Below, piece by piece: positions 27,213 through 38,500 of a stretch of 64,000 nucleotides of DNA. The notes beneath the pieces were generated by a model that saw nothing but the letters and a program-made list of their open reading frames with translations, searched no databases and was not told the origin of the DNA. Source of the stretch: Pavona decussata (taxonomy: Eukaryota); assembly GCA_977016875.1 (NCBI GenBank), contig CDRNST010000289.1, forward strand, positions 620,001 through 684,000, written 5' to 3'. The translations under genes were made by a program, and so were the position numbers. Position 1 is the stretch's first letter; each line of letters begins with the position of its first letter.

Positions 27213-29314
27213 GTACGAGTTACTTAGATACAAAATCAATTATGTAAACATTTAAAATCTCTACAGTAAAAAAATGAATTCACAAACGATAAAAGTACAC
27301 TAGTTTTATTGGGAAGAGGATAACTTTGCAGAGTCATATTTCGAATTCTCTCCACTGCTAAAATGTTAGATCCACTTGAAAAAATATGTTTCGTAGTTTC
27401 CATCAAAAGGCGCCATTTTAAAAGCGATTCTTTTTTACATGAATGTTGCACACAAATAATTAAGTGTTTTTACCTCAACTTCTACACTTCCCAATATTAT
27501 GAGCCCGGTTGTTCAAAGCCCGATTAACCTAATCCCGGATTAAAGTGATTTTTGACTCAACTTTAATTACTAATAAAGATTCTTCCAAAGATTATTGTCT
27601 TGTACGTTGTGACTTACGACGTTTCTTTACCATATGGTAAAGGAAAGTCGTACGTCATAACTTACAGCCATTAGCCCAAAATTAGTTTTAAAAACATTTT
27701 TAAAGGCCCAGTTTCACCCATTCGGCTTTGCAGCCTTTTATTATTGTTTACAAGCGCTTCTATTGTTTAGTCTTGTGATCTGATTGGTTTACTAGAATAT
27801 TCCCGCTGGGATGAAAGTCCTGGCGCATTCAAAATAAATCAGACCAGGCAAATAGGACTGTTTGATTTCGTTCCAGTCGTTCCGATTTATTTTAATCTCT
27901 GCACCTATAAGAAATATTTAAGATCCAAAGCGCTCGAGTTCTTTGTACTCCTTTGTGTAAAATTCTCGGCGAACGAAAGTCGAGGGTTTGGTTCGTTATT
28001 CTACATTCGTTCCTTTGAGCGACACGGCGAAATAGTCAAACAGTTACAACCAGCAGCCCTCAACATTAAATAACTTTGGTTGAAGATTTTCATTCTATTG
28101 TTGTATAAGTTAGACAGTAATCTTAAAGGGTGCTTTCGATTATTATTGAAGCTGACATAAAAAGACATTAACAGTGCTGGACTCAATGTTAACTCAGTTA
28201 ATATCGCTTTTAAAATTATAGCGCGATGCGCCGATCCGGTCCGTCGCACTATCATGAAATTATTTCTACCTTTGAAGATAAAGCAATGATATTGCTACGA
28301 ATGAATCTGCAGCTTACTAAGCAAATGAGCATTTTAATTTATTTGCCTGTGCCAATAGGAAAAAACGAAGGAATGCCACCAACCAGTTTATACACCATAC
28401 AGTTTATTACGTCTCGTCGCAACGCTGTTTACATGAATCGAATGGAATTAATAAAAACTTACAGACATCCGTAGAAATCAGGAACATCGCTACAGCAGAT
28501 GCATGCATGGAGACAAAAAATCCTCCCGCTTCTTTGTTGCAGAAATAAAAGCTATGCGAAGAGTCTCTGAGACGAATATATTCCTTCGGAATAACAATTG
28601 TACAACTACATTGTCAACAGCGAGATGTTACTTGGAAGCGACCGACGATTTTTTCCGATTTTCCTTTCCACACAAAGACTGTTCTTGAAAATATCCACCT
28701 AAATAAAGCGAGAGGATATTATACAAAGCTTAGTGACACGAAAAATAGTGATATTCTAGGAAATGAGCTCGATGAATGTGGATTACTTTCGCTCTTTAGT
28801 GCTCGCTGGTAATTTTCTGAATTTTCGACTGTGCGAAATTCAGCTCGGCGCGCAATGTCTCTTGGGTGAACATGGGCCTTTAACGAGCGAAATAAGAACC
28901 TCGATTAATTTTTAATCGGGGATTAGCATTAATCGGCTTTCTTCCAACTGGGCCATAATAAACAAGGCCATCCCCGTTTCTCTCGACCCCCGTGGGTTCA
29001 AAATTTCGGGTCGGTGGGTCAGATTAAACAATTAGATAAAACGAATAATCTGAAACCAGAAGGCGCAGTAACCCAACGAAGTGAACACCTGAAAAGAAAA
29101 GTTGTTGTCAAAAATGCAAAATGACCAGTCCTTTTGGCCCGAGTTCGCCAAAAATAGCATCCGTGCTAAATACCATAGATTTCTCCAAGCGTGATAAAAT
29201 ATGAAGTTCGTTGGAGAACTCCGAAAGAAGGGACCCTGATTCTCTACCAAGGCAGAACGCTTGGGTATTGCTAGCCTGACTCTCAGATGGTCCAGGTCGC
29301 TCGCGGCCACACAT

Positions 29315-29348
<34 letters not shown>

Positions 29349-31178
29349 CGCAAGCGACTTGCACAGTCTGAGAATCAGGCTAGGGTATTGAAAACACCAG
29401 TCAAATTTTGTAAATAATTGCCGTATTACTTCACTGAATTTGTTTCAAATTGTTTCTGGATATTGATGGTCAGGATGGCAATGGGTTAACGTGCAACGTT
29501 AATTTGTCTCTTGTATGAAACTCTGCTGTGAAGAACGCATTAACAGGCCTTGTCATTAAGAATGTGCCACCCGATCTTGGACTCAAAATAATTTCTTCAT
29601 ATTTCTACCACAAAAACTACTGTCCTTACTTTAGAATGCAGTTTGAATGATCCAAAAGCTTCTTTTTTCCCGATACGCAGATTTTACTTGGGACAAAAAT
29701 GTGCTAATTTTGAGGCCTTATCACTGTTTCTTGGCTACCGCTTTAAACTGCTTTGCGCTACCAAAACCATTAATAAAACGTATTTGATAGTTTATTTAAC
29801 GTTTTTGTCGCCTCTGTATCATTTGAGACTTTTTCTGATCGAAATCGAGGTGAACTATAAATACTTCATAAGACGATTAAATAATCGTAGCGAACTTGAC
29901 GAATTATTGAGTTCTATTGGTGTAAGAGTTCCCAAATGTGGATCCCGGACTCACATAATCATGCAGCTTAGAACGTTGAGATTCTACTGAAATGGGTCGT
30001 TGGGGTTTAAGAGGATACCTTACTACCTTGATAACAGGGAGTATTTTCATTTGCATGAGGCCGGGGAGAATTAAGGATTAATTTTTAAGCCCATTTTAAA
30101 AGTTTCCCAAATTGCGCGACGAGGGCAATTTGTGAGGACTCTGCAAATAGAAGTGAAAATTAGTCCTTAATCCCTACGAAGAATCATTGCAATTACGCCT
30201 TTATATCAAAGAGGGCAAATTTTTCTTAAAGCCATCAAGGAACTTAGGCCCCGTTTATATGGAGAAAAGTTGTCTCGGGTAGATGGGTGACTTGTGAGCG
30301 GCAATTATCCCACGCATATTTGATCTTCCCGAACTGGGAAGAGTTTGAATCAGAGCTTTAAACTTGGAAGAAATAAAGTTATTTTCTTAGTCTTTCGAGA
30401 TATGAGACTTAATTCAGAGAAAATTGCATACCAGAAACACTTTTATTTAATGTCGGACAGAGGAAAGTGACGTCATAACCTTACCAAAATTTCTGACATT
30501 GGTGCTTTACCAAATTTCCTTTCCCATGCGGAGACGTGCGAGCGCTTTCAACATGCGGAGCTCTGTTGTTAAAATGAACGTAATTGTTTCCGTGTGTCAA
30601 CTACGGTGATAACATTTATCGTGTTTTGATGATGGAAATTCACATCAATTTTATTACTGGTTGAAAAAAGGAGGTTTTGCTGTTGCATGGTATGGCCTCA
30701 AAATTAGCACATGTTAGTCGCTTACTGACAAGAAGAATGGAAAGCTGTGGGTCGGGGAAAATAAACTTCTGGATCATTCAAATTGCATTTTAATAAGAAC
30801 GATAGATAGCAGATGTTGTGTTAGAAAAATATAGCAAATTTGTTCTTTAGTCCTCAACAACATGGCCTCTTTAAGGTTGCTCTATGTGCAAGAATTCAGT
30901 AGAAATATTTCCTTTGCTGTTATCAGAGCATTTTCCTTGTGAGGAAGGGTACCTCCTGTCAATTTTTAAATGGTTTTGTCGAAACCACATAAAAATCCCT
31001 GAGGTCCTTTTATTGGATCTGAAAGTACCGGTGGTAAAACACTACTCATCGTAAAGTAACGGGAAGCGATTGTTTGGGAACTTAACGGCAAACAAAGGTT
31101 CTCACTTATGTAATTCTTCAATGAGCGATTGCATTCTTAAATAAGCCAAGACTGATGCCGAACTTTGTTTTTTATTAG

Positions 31179-31246
31179 GAGCAAGTGCCTGCTTTCAGCT
31201 GAAACAGTTTGAAGAAGCTATCACTTGGTGTAAGAAGGGATTAACC
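31179..31246 (+). CDS. TPR module 1, exon C
   Basis: GASACFQLKQFEEAITWCKKGLT; followed by GTATCCTT donor. Confidence 0.9.
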
Positions 31247-31545
31247 GTATCCTTCACTACAAATGCTCCTACCAAAAAGATGTGTCATATTAAAACTCTA
31301 CAGTAGTCTTTCGTTCTTGCTTTTGTGTGCGTACCTTCTTGCTCAAGTCTCGTCAGAAAAAAAAAATATTTAGTCTTTGTGAAAATTCAGTCCAATTTCT
31401 TCGTTGAAGTTAAACCTCCATGAACAAGATAAAGATAGAAAGTGAAAGACAAATATAAGAAAAGACGCAAACACGTTTGAAGAACTCAGTTGTAAGCTTT
31501 TTGTTACTTTTCCAACATGCGTGTGATAATCTTGACTGATGTAAG
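31247..31545 (+). other. U12-type (minor spliceosome) GT-AG intron; paralog at 52754-53050
   Basis: 5' site GTATCCTTC; branch-like TCTTGAC about 10 nt before AG; no polypyrimidine tract; conserved in both copies. Confidence 0.8.
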
Positions 31546-31639
31546 ATTGACAAGAATAACCAGAAATTGGTGGATCTAAGGAGGACGTCCGTCAATGAAT
31601 TCAACAAGCTGCGAGATACTAACGGAGGGGAAGATTCAG
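31546..31639 (+). CDS. TPR module 1, exon D
   Basis: IDKNNQKLVDLRRTSVNEFNKLRDTNGGEDS; G|gtgaat, phase 0/1. Confidence 0.85.
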
Positions 31640-32078
31640 GTGAATATGTTTTTTAAGCTATTATGGAAACATGGGACATTGATGGAGACACATTATGATA
31701 TCAGGAAGTTTGTGAATTTTTCTTAAGACGGGCGTATCAAACTAGAAAGAGTTACGAAAATTCAGATTTCATGCAGTGCAGTTTCTCTAAGCTTTTTTAT
31801 TCTTTCAAACTGAGAAACTTACTCAATCAAAACTAATTCAAATTTAAATATTCTTCCCTAGTGGGGCTGACTAAGGCTAGATCGACTCGTTCCAGTTCAC
31901 TTCGTTTTGAAAGTACCTGCAAGAATTTATCCAAGGGTCAATTGAATGAAACTTTGACAATTGTACTAAGCTGCTCCGTTCGTTTCTTACACAGGTGCAC
32001 TAAAAAAACTCAAAGAAAAGCGCCGTAGCGCTGCAGGCTATCTGTTAATACATTATCTTCTTAATTGCTTCACTTTAG

Positions 32079-32240
32079 CAATAGCAGAGGTTTACAAAAA
32101 TGAGGGTAATGATAGTTACAGACAGAATGACTTCAGCGATGCCATCTACTTCTACACAAAAGGGATTAAAGTGAACTGCAAGGATGAGGAACTGAAAGCC
32201 AAACTGTACAGTAACAGGGCAAACGCTTATTTTTGTTTGG
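32079..32240 (+). CDS. TPR module 2, exon A'
   Basis: Paralog of 26865-27026; open frame; phase 1 matches the exon D donor. Confidence 0.85.
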
Positions 32241-32348
32241 GTGAGAAGCTTTTCTTAACTTCAATTGGTTTATGAAAATATGAAAGGGTTCTTCAGTAGA
32301 ACCCGCATCAATATACTAGCTTCCTCCTTATACTTTGTTCTTTTACAG

Positions 32349-32426
32349 AGAAGTATACTGATTCCTTGAGTGATGCAAAAGTTGCTTGTTCCTTACAGCC
32401 ATCTTATTTGAAAGCGATCGTTACAG
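32349..32426 (+). CDS. TPR module 2, exon B'
   Basis: EKYTDSLSDAKVACSLQPSYLKAIVT; splice sites intact. Confidence 0.85.
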
Positions 32427-33749
32427 GTACGAGTTACTTAAATGCAAAATCAACAGTAAAATGAATTCACAAACAATAAAAATACAAAGACAGTCAATAT
32501 CACTAGTTTAATTGCAATGGGGATAACTTTATAGTGACATATTTCGAATTCGCTACACTGCTAAAATGTTAGATCCATTTGAAATAAATATGTTTCGTAG
32601 TTTCCCATGTAGACTAGGGAATGGTCTATGTCATTTAAAAGGCGCCATTTTAAAAGCGATTCCGTTTACATGAATGTTGCACACAAATAATTTAGGGTTT
32701 TTAGCTCAGCTGCTACACTTCCCAATATTATGGTCCCGGTTGTTCAAAGCCCGATTAACCTAATCCCGGATTAAAGTGATTTTTGACTCAACTTTAATTG
32801 CCAATAAATAAAGATTCTTCCAAAGATTATTGTCTGTACGTTGTGACTTACGACGTTTCTTTACATTGGCCTAAAATTAGTTTTTAAAAGCATTTTTAAT
32901 CGGGGATTAGCGTTCATCGGCTTTCTTCCAACCAGGCCATAATGAATAAGGCCATCCCTGTTTCTCTATATTTCCGGTCCCCGTTGGTTCAAATTTTAGG
33001 GTCGGTGGGTCAGGTTAAACAATTAGTTAAAAAGAGGAGTCTGAAACCAGAAGGCGCGGTAACCAAACCGAGTGATCATCTGTAAACAAAAGTTGTTGTC
33101 ACAAATGCAAACTGACCAGTTCTTATTTTTTGGCCCGAATTCGCCAAAAATGGCAGCCATGCTAAATACCATAGATTTCTCCAAGCGTAATAGAACGCGA
33201 CGTTTGTTAGAAAACTCCAAAAGAAGCGACCTTGATTCTCCACAAAGGAAGAGTGCTTGGGTATTGATAGCCTGATTCTTGTATGAAACTCTACTGTGAA
33301 GAACGTATTAAGAGGCCATGTCATTAAGAATGTACGCTCGATCTTAAACTAAAAAAAAATCCTTTATATTTCTACCACAAAAACTATTGTCCTTACTATT
33401 AATATGCAGTTTGAATGATCCAAAAGCTTTTATATCGACGCATGTTCTCATTAAACAAAAGGTGCAGTTAAAGCGCGAGCTTTGTTGAAAACACTGTTAC
33501 TAGCAGATTTCCCAGAAGCGAGAATAACAGACAACTTTGTTGGAATAAATTTGGCCACGGTTTGTGGCAAGTTTAATTGAACAAATTATCAAACTCATAA
33601 AACAGCAATAAAAATTAAAGTACAATCTCCTGTTGATAAATGGGGCGACAAAATTTCGCCACAAGCCACACTATGTGGCTTAAGCCCCAACGAAAAACAA
33701 AGCTCGCACTCAACGACGGAAATGGCAATGTAATGAGGTGAGAAGGCGT

Positions 33750-34082
33750 GCCGAGTCGCAGCCCATTGTCTGACCGACTCCACAGGCATCCCCACCCACT
33801 GCGGATAGAACCCAAAAGTGACATATCACTTGAGACCGAAAGATACATGTCTAACAAGTTGCAGCCCAATGACTGACCAACGCAAAAAAGTCTAAGAATA
33901 ACAACAACTGAAGGCCGTAAACGTTGCTCCCTTGGGACAACGGAAATACATATAGAATAACATAGGCACGGCAATAAAGGTAGAACGAACGTGAACACAA
34001 AAGAAATAAAATTAAAATCAGGAAAGAAGTGATAATGCAAGCCGAGTCGCAGCCCAGTGTCTGACCGACTCAACAGGCATCC
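33750..34082 (-). repeat. Two 42-bp direct repeats with a conserved stem-loop in the element's 3' region
   Basis: 33750-33791 and 34041-34082, 2 mismatches; GAGTCG..CAG-loop-CTG-CGACTC. Confidence 0.9.
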
Positions 34083-34217
34083 AAACTTTGAAAGTAATGT
34101 CTAACAAATTCAAAACGGGTAGTGACAGCATTATACCAGCCCCTGTCTGAACTAACATGCTGTATATAATGGCCATGTTAAAAGGCTTGGCGTGAAAAAC
34201 CCCATGTGCAAAAATTA

Positions 34218-35144
34218 TTAGTTCGCCTGAAGAACTTCCGACCTCAAATAGACTTTAAAAGCATCGAATTTCCAACGACCCAGAGCACGGATTTGCGCAT
34301 CAGAATAGCCCCGATCAGCGGCATGACAAGCACCGCCGATACGAAAACTATGACTTTTATAGCGACTGGTGTCTAAACCACAATAAGCTAAGCACCGCTG
34401 TAGTTCGATATTGAATTGGTGAGCAGAAATTGGACTCATATCGGCGTGACAAAATAGCGGACCAGAACCATGTCCTCGCAATTGGCAGTATTGAATAAGG
34501 GCTTGGACCGGGCAAAATGTGGAAGAAACATCCCGAGTGATTAGAATATCAAATGGACGACGACTAGTGTTGTGCTTATACTCTGAAATCGTAATTTTCG
34601 CCGTGTGAATATGGCCATCGTTGGACAAAAGGGTCAGATTGCGATACTGGATAACCGTAGGCGCAAATCGGGTGCTCTTGGCAGTCAGTTCTCCGATGCG
34701 AAATAAGCCGTAAAACGCCACTAGAAACATCGCCGAAAAAAGAGAACGCTGAAATGCCGAAGAATTAGTAAGGCTAAGGGCACGAACGAGCTGATGCAAA
34801 ACAGGTCGAGTCACCGGAAGACGGATATCAACAGGATGTCGACGGCTAAGAGCCGTTAACAGTTTTTGAATTAAAAACGATTTCGTAGGGTCTGGGTGGC
34901 CTTGTAATTTGTGTACGTAGGAAATAGCTGAAAGATACGAACTAATGGTGGAAAAGGCCAATTTACGAAATGTAAGATAAGAAATAATAAGAGGAATGCA
35001 TGCTCGAGGTAGTGGTAAAGGAGGATCTCCGGAATCATAAAAGTGAACGTAAAATTGGTGGAAAACAGTCCACGCACGCTGGTACGTGCGACGCGAGCTG
35101 GCTGTCAGAGAGGAGCTTAAGAGACTTCTTAAGTTAGCACCCAA
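34218..35144 (-). CDS. Tyrosine recombinase (integrase) of the YR retrotransposon
   Basis: FYGLFRIGEL (R), YKHN (K), HSFRIG (HxxR), GRW, terminal KVYLR (Y); 308 aa; non-ATG start; overlaps pol. Confidence 0.95.
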   Translation of the reverse strand: MGANLRSLLSSSLTASSRRTYQRAWTVFHQFYVHFYDSGDPPLPLPRACIPLIISYLTFRKLAFSTISSYLSAISYVHKLQGHPDPTKSFLIQKLLTALSRRHPVDIRLPVTRPVLHQLVRALSLTNSSAFQRSLFSAMFLVAFYGLFRIGELTAKSTRFAPTVIQYRNLTLLSNDGHIHTAKITISEYKHNTSRRPFDILITRDVSSTFCPVQALIQYCQLRGHGSGPLFCHADMSPISAHQFNIELQRCLAYCGLDTSRYKSHSFRIGGACHAADRGYSDAQIRALGRWKFDAFKVYLRSEVLQAN

Positions 35145-36838
35145 TTCTTCGATATTAGGTTCTCGGGTAGTGGAGTGGGATTTTCGTCGGCTTCTGGAAA
35201 TATGGCCTTGAAGTTCTCTACCTGGGAACGGGAAATGTAATCGGCGCTAGAATTTTGTAACCCAGGAATATGACGGGCTTGAAAGAAAATATGATGTCTA
35301 AGGCAACTTAACACTAGATCTCTTAAGAGCACCATGATGTCCTGGTGTTTCGATGTCTGCTTATTGATAATGTCAACCACTGCGGCATTGTCTGAGAAAA
35401 ATATGATACGCTTATCTGCCATGAGTGACCCCCAGACGTGGACGGCAATAACAATAGGAAAAAGCTCTAAAAAGGCTATGTTAAAGGTTTTCCACATCTC
35501 GGGCCAAAGACCCTGTAGCCAATGGCAGCCAAAAACCGCACCAAATCCTATAGAACCAGCCGCATCAGTATAAAGATGAAGGGTGTCGGAAGTTTCCCAA
35601 ATATCGCTAAAGAAAAAGGATTTACCATTAAATTCGTCCAAAAACCGAAGCCAAACCAAGATATCTAATTTGGCACCCTTCGAAAGACGAATGTGATGAT
35701 GCGGCTTTTGGATGCCTTTGGTAAGATCGATCAAGCGGCGGAGAAAAGCGCGGCCAGGCGTGACAACAATGCACGTGAAATTCAGTAAACCAATTAAGGA
35801 TTGAAGTTCTTTTAGGGTGACTGTTCGACGCGTGTAGAAATTGCGTAACATTAAGCGACATTTGAGAAGCTTGTCGTCAGGTAGACGGGCCTCAAAGCGT
35901 ATGGAATCAAGTGTTATTCCGGCAAACTGTAATACCGTGGCTGGACCGACAGTTTTCTCCGGCGCAAGAGGGACGCCAATATGATTACACATTAAGATAA
36001 AATTTTTAAAGTCACGGTCGCATTGATCTCTAGTTTTGGCGATGAAAAGAAAATCGTCTAAGATGTGCAAAACCGCGCAAGCACCGAAATGGTTAATAGA
36101 TAACCATTCAAGTGCCGTACTAAAGGATTCAAAAATAGCACATGAACTAGACAATCCCATGGCAAGAGTTCTGTCAAAATAGTATAAATTATCCCAGCGG
36201 ATGCCTAATAAGGGATAGTCAGCGTGATGAATAGGGATAATGCGAAAAGCAGACTTCACATCAGTTTTGGCCATAAAACAACCCCTCCCTAAACGTTTGA
36301 TTAACTTCGTCGCGTCGCCCACCGAGGCATACTTAACTGTTGAACAATAATCAGGAATAAAGTCATTGACAGAAGAGCCCTTTGGATATGATAAGTGGTG
36401 AATCAATCGGAACTCGGATGGGTCTTTTTTAGGAACAAGGCCTATGGGCGAAGTGTGAAAATTTGAAAAGGGGGGAGTTGTAAAAGGACCAACTATACGT
36501 CCCGCATAACATTCCTTCTGTAACTTAGCACTAGTGACTCCCGGAAGGTCTAAAGCACTCCTGAGATTGGGGCAATCCAAAGCACACCGTTCACCAACAA
36601 AATTTATTCGAAAGCCAAAACGAAAACCCTCAACAAGATAATTGCTTAAAGCGTGATTATAACCCTGTAGCAAAATTTCAAGACGATCCACGTTTACTGG
36701 TGTTACTGGCGGACTGTGAAGAACCCTGCGTTTGAGTTCCTCCTCGCGCGCCTTTAAAAGGGGTTCGGGTTTGGGGTGCAGAACATTGGCTACCCGGATG
36801 TTGTGCCCCACACTTAAAACACTCATGTTTGAACTCAC
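35129..36838 (-). CDS. Reverse transcriptase / RNase H (DIRS-type pol)
   Basis: SPIGLVPKK, FRLIHHLS, KTDVKSAFR, AMGLSSS, HILDDF; RNase H TDAA, ELFPI, SDN, ADYISR; no methyltransferase tail. Confidence 0.95.
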   Translation of the reverse strand: MSSNMSVLSVGHNIRVANVLHPKPEPLLKAREEELKRRVLHSPPVTPVNVDRLEILLQGYNHALSNYLVEGFRFGFRINFVGERCALDCPNLRSALDLPGVTSAKLQKECYAGRIVGPFTTPPFSNFHTSPIGLVPKKDPSEFRLIHHLSYPKGSSVNDFIPDYCSTVKYASVGDATKLIKRLGRGCFMAKTDVKSAFRIIPIHHADYPLLGIRWDNLYYFDRTLAMGLSSSCAIFESFSTALEWLSINHFGACAVLHILDDFLFIAKTRDQCDRDFKNFILMCNHIGVPLAPEKTVGPATVLQFAGITLDSIRFEARLPDDKLLKCRLMLRNFYTRRTVTLKELQSLIGLLNFTCIVVTPGRAFLRRLIDLTKGIQKPHHHIRLSKGAKLDILVWLRFLDEFNGKSFFFSDIWETSDTLHLYTDAAGSIGFGAVFGCHWLQGLWPEMWKTFNIAFLELFPIVIAVHVWGSLMADKRIIFFSDNAAVVDIINKQTSKHQDIMVLLRDLVLSCLRHHIFFQARHIPGLQNSSADYISRSQVENFKAIFPEADENPTPLPENLISKNWVLT

Positions 36839-37826
36839 AGCCCGAACAGTGCTTACCGGCTTGGAACGCCCAACAAGTTCCTTTTGGGAAGAATTGCGAA
36901 CGAAACCGGGAACGATTCTGCACAGCTGGTTTGTTAGTGGACGGTTGTGCTCTGCGAAAACTACTAGATGCCCGTAACCACAATTCCCAGTGTGTTTGAT
37001 CCCAGGGGTATTGCTCTGGGGCTGATTGCCTTAAATACCGAAACTGTTCGTCATACCAAATCCAATCCCCAGCCTTGTGAGCCAAATCCCTTACTACGTC
37101 ACAGTATTTCATCAACAGGGGGGTCTCCGCCTTAAATTTCTCAGAATAAACAGAAACAAAAATAGTAAAAGCAGAGACCCATTGGTGGATAGATTGAATC
37201 CGCTTGGAATTATGTAAGGGTTCTAGTGTTAACTGGGGGTGGATAACAGATCCTACTGAGAGTGACATAGAAAGGGAATATTTCCCTTCGTTGTGAGGGG
37301 AAGAGGATAATAACGCCCCAAAATCTACATATTCGTTGGCGAATATTTTCGCTTTCAGTTTAGAGCTAACCCTAGCACTTAGAGGGACAGATACACTCGT
37401 GAACGTCGTCTTCGGCCGTGAATCAGAAGAAACTACGGGAGAGGGTACGCCCCCTGTTTCAGTACCTGACGAGTTGTCCTGGATTATATCAATCACCTCC
37501 GCACTGACAGCGTCATCAAGAGCGCCAGAGGAACCCTGGAGAGACACAGGCAAAACGGCTGGTGGAGGTCTACTGCTTTCGAGAAGAACAGCTAGATTTT
37601 CTGGCGAGAAGGCAGTCTTGATGGCTTGAGAAACCACGGCAGATATGGTTGATGAAATGGCGGAAACGTCCAAGGAAACTGTGCCTCGGGTCAAAGAGGT
37701 GTCGTCAACACGGACTGGAACGCTCTCGGAAACTGTGTTCACTATGGAGGCTCGAGGTCTTTTGGCTCGTGTTGAAGTTGCAGAAGCCGTGGAAGTCTTA
37801 GGGGCGGCACGCTTTTTAGGAGGCAT
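36678..37826 (-). CDS. Gag-like ORF
   Basis: KIFANEYVDFGALL, WIWYDEQFR, and C-terminal Cys/His knuckle CWAFQAGKHCSGCEFKHECFKCGAQHPGSQC, typical of YR-retrotransposon ORF1. Confidence 0.9.
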   Translation of the reverse strand: MPPKKRAAPKTSTASATSTRAKRPRASIVNTVSESVPVRVDDTSLTRGTVSLDVSAISSTISAVVSQAIKTAFSPENLAVLLESSRPPPAVLPVSLQGSSGALDDAVSAEVIDIIQDNSSGTETGGVPSPVVSSDSRPKTTFTSVSVPLSARVSSKLKAKIFANEYVDFGALLSSSPHNEGKYSLSMSLSVGSVIHPQLTLEPLHNSKRIQSIHQWVSAFTIFVSVYSEKFKAETPLLMKYCDVVRDLAHKAGDWIWYDEQFRYLRQSAPEQYPWDQTHWELWLRASSSFRRAQPSTNKPAVQNRSRFRSQFFPKGTCWAFQAGKHCSGCEFKHECFKCGAQHPGSQCSAPQTRTPFKGARGGTQTQGSSQSASNTSKRGSS

Positions 37827-38210
37827 TTCTTACAGAATACAATTGATAATAAAATATGAGAAGGCAGACACAACGCTGGACGTCGGATTACTAAAATAAC
37901 TGTGACAATGCATGTAACTGTAGCCGCCCGGGATTGTTGTCTGGAAATGAAACAGAATAGATCTTGCGAGGGGCGTTTTTACGAAAGAAAAATCAGGACA
38001 TGCGCCAAGCCGGCGAGGTAATACGAATCTAATCGAAAGTTAAAAACCACACCAAACACACAAAGAAGGCCATTTCTGTCAGGAACAAAAACAAGTGCAA
38101 AATCACAAAATGCCAAGTGCATTGGACACACCCCTGGAGGGGGCGATCAATAGTTGTACACTGATAAGGCAAAGTGATTGCACAAAAATAACAAAGCCAA
38201 GGCCGTCAAT

Positions 38211-38354
38211 TGCACGGTATGTTATAACCGCGACTTGAACATATGTTTCACGGTATGTTATAACCGCGACTTGAACATATTTTGCACGGTATATTATAAC
38301 CGCGACTTGAACATATTTTGTACGGTATGTTATAACCGCGACTTGAACATATTT
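38211..38354. repeat. Tandem array, 4 x 36 bp, inside the element
   Basis: Consensus TGCACGGTATGTTATAACCGCGACTTGAACATATTT; one substitution per unit. Confidence 0.97.
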
Positions 38355-38500
38355 TATCCACCAAGCCACACAGGCAATGAACAACACCATGTGTGAACAA
38401 TAGGCTAGGCGGGAAACAAAACACATTGGCCTGGCGAACAAATAAAACTGAAATGGCGAGAGAATTGCAAATTGAGAGCAAATTGATGAAGTAGAGCAAA

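Noticed and set aside
33750-33791. Hammerhead or HDV ribozyme in the 42-bp repeat
   Set aside because: CTGACCGA does not fit CUGANGA, there is no properly placed GAAA, and no nested pseudoknot was found by eye.
34218-36838. Bacterial prophage, retron or contamination (integrase plus RT)
   Set aside because: The gag/RT-RH/YR set is DIRS-type and sits in a spliceosomal intron with a matching empty site.
38211-38354. CRISPR array (36-bp repeats)
   Set aside because: Units are contiguous with no unique spacers, there are no cas genes, and the context is eukaryotic.
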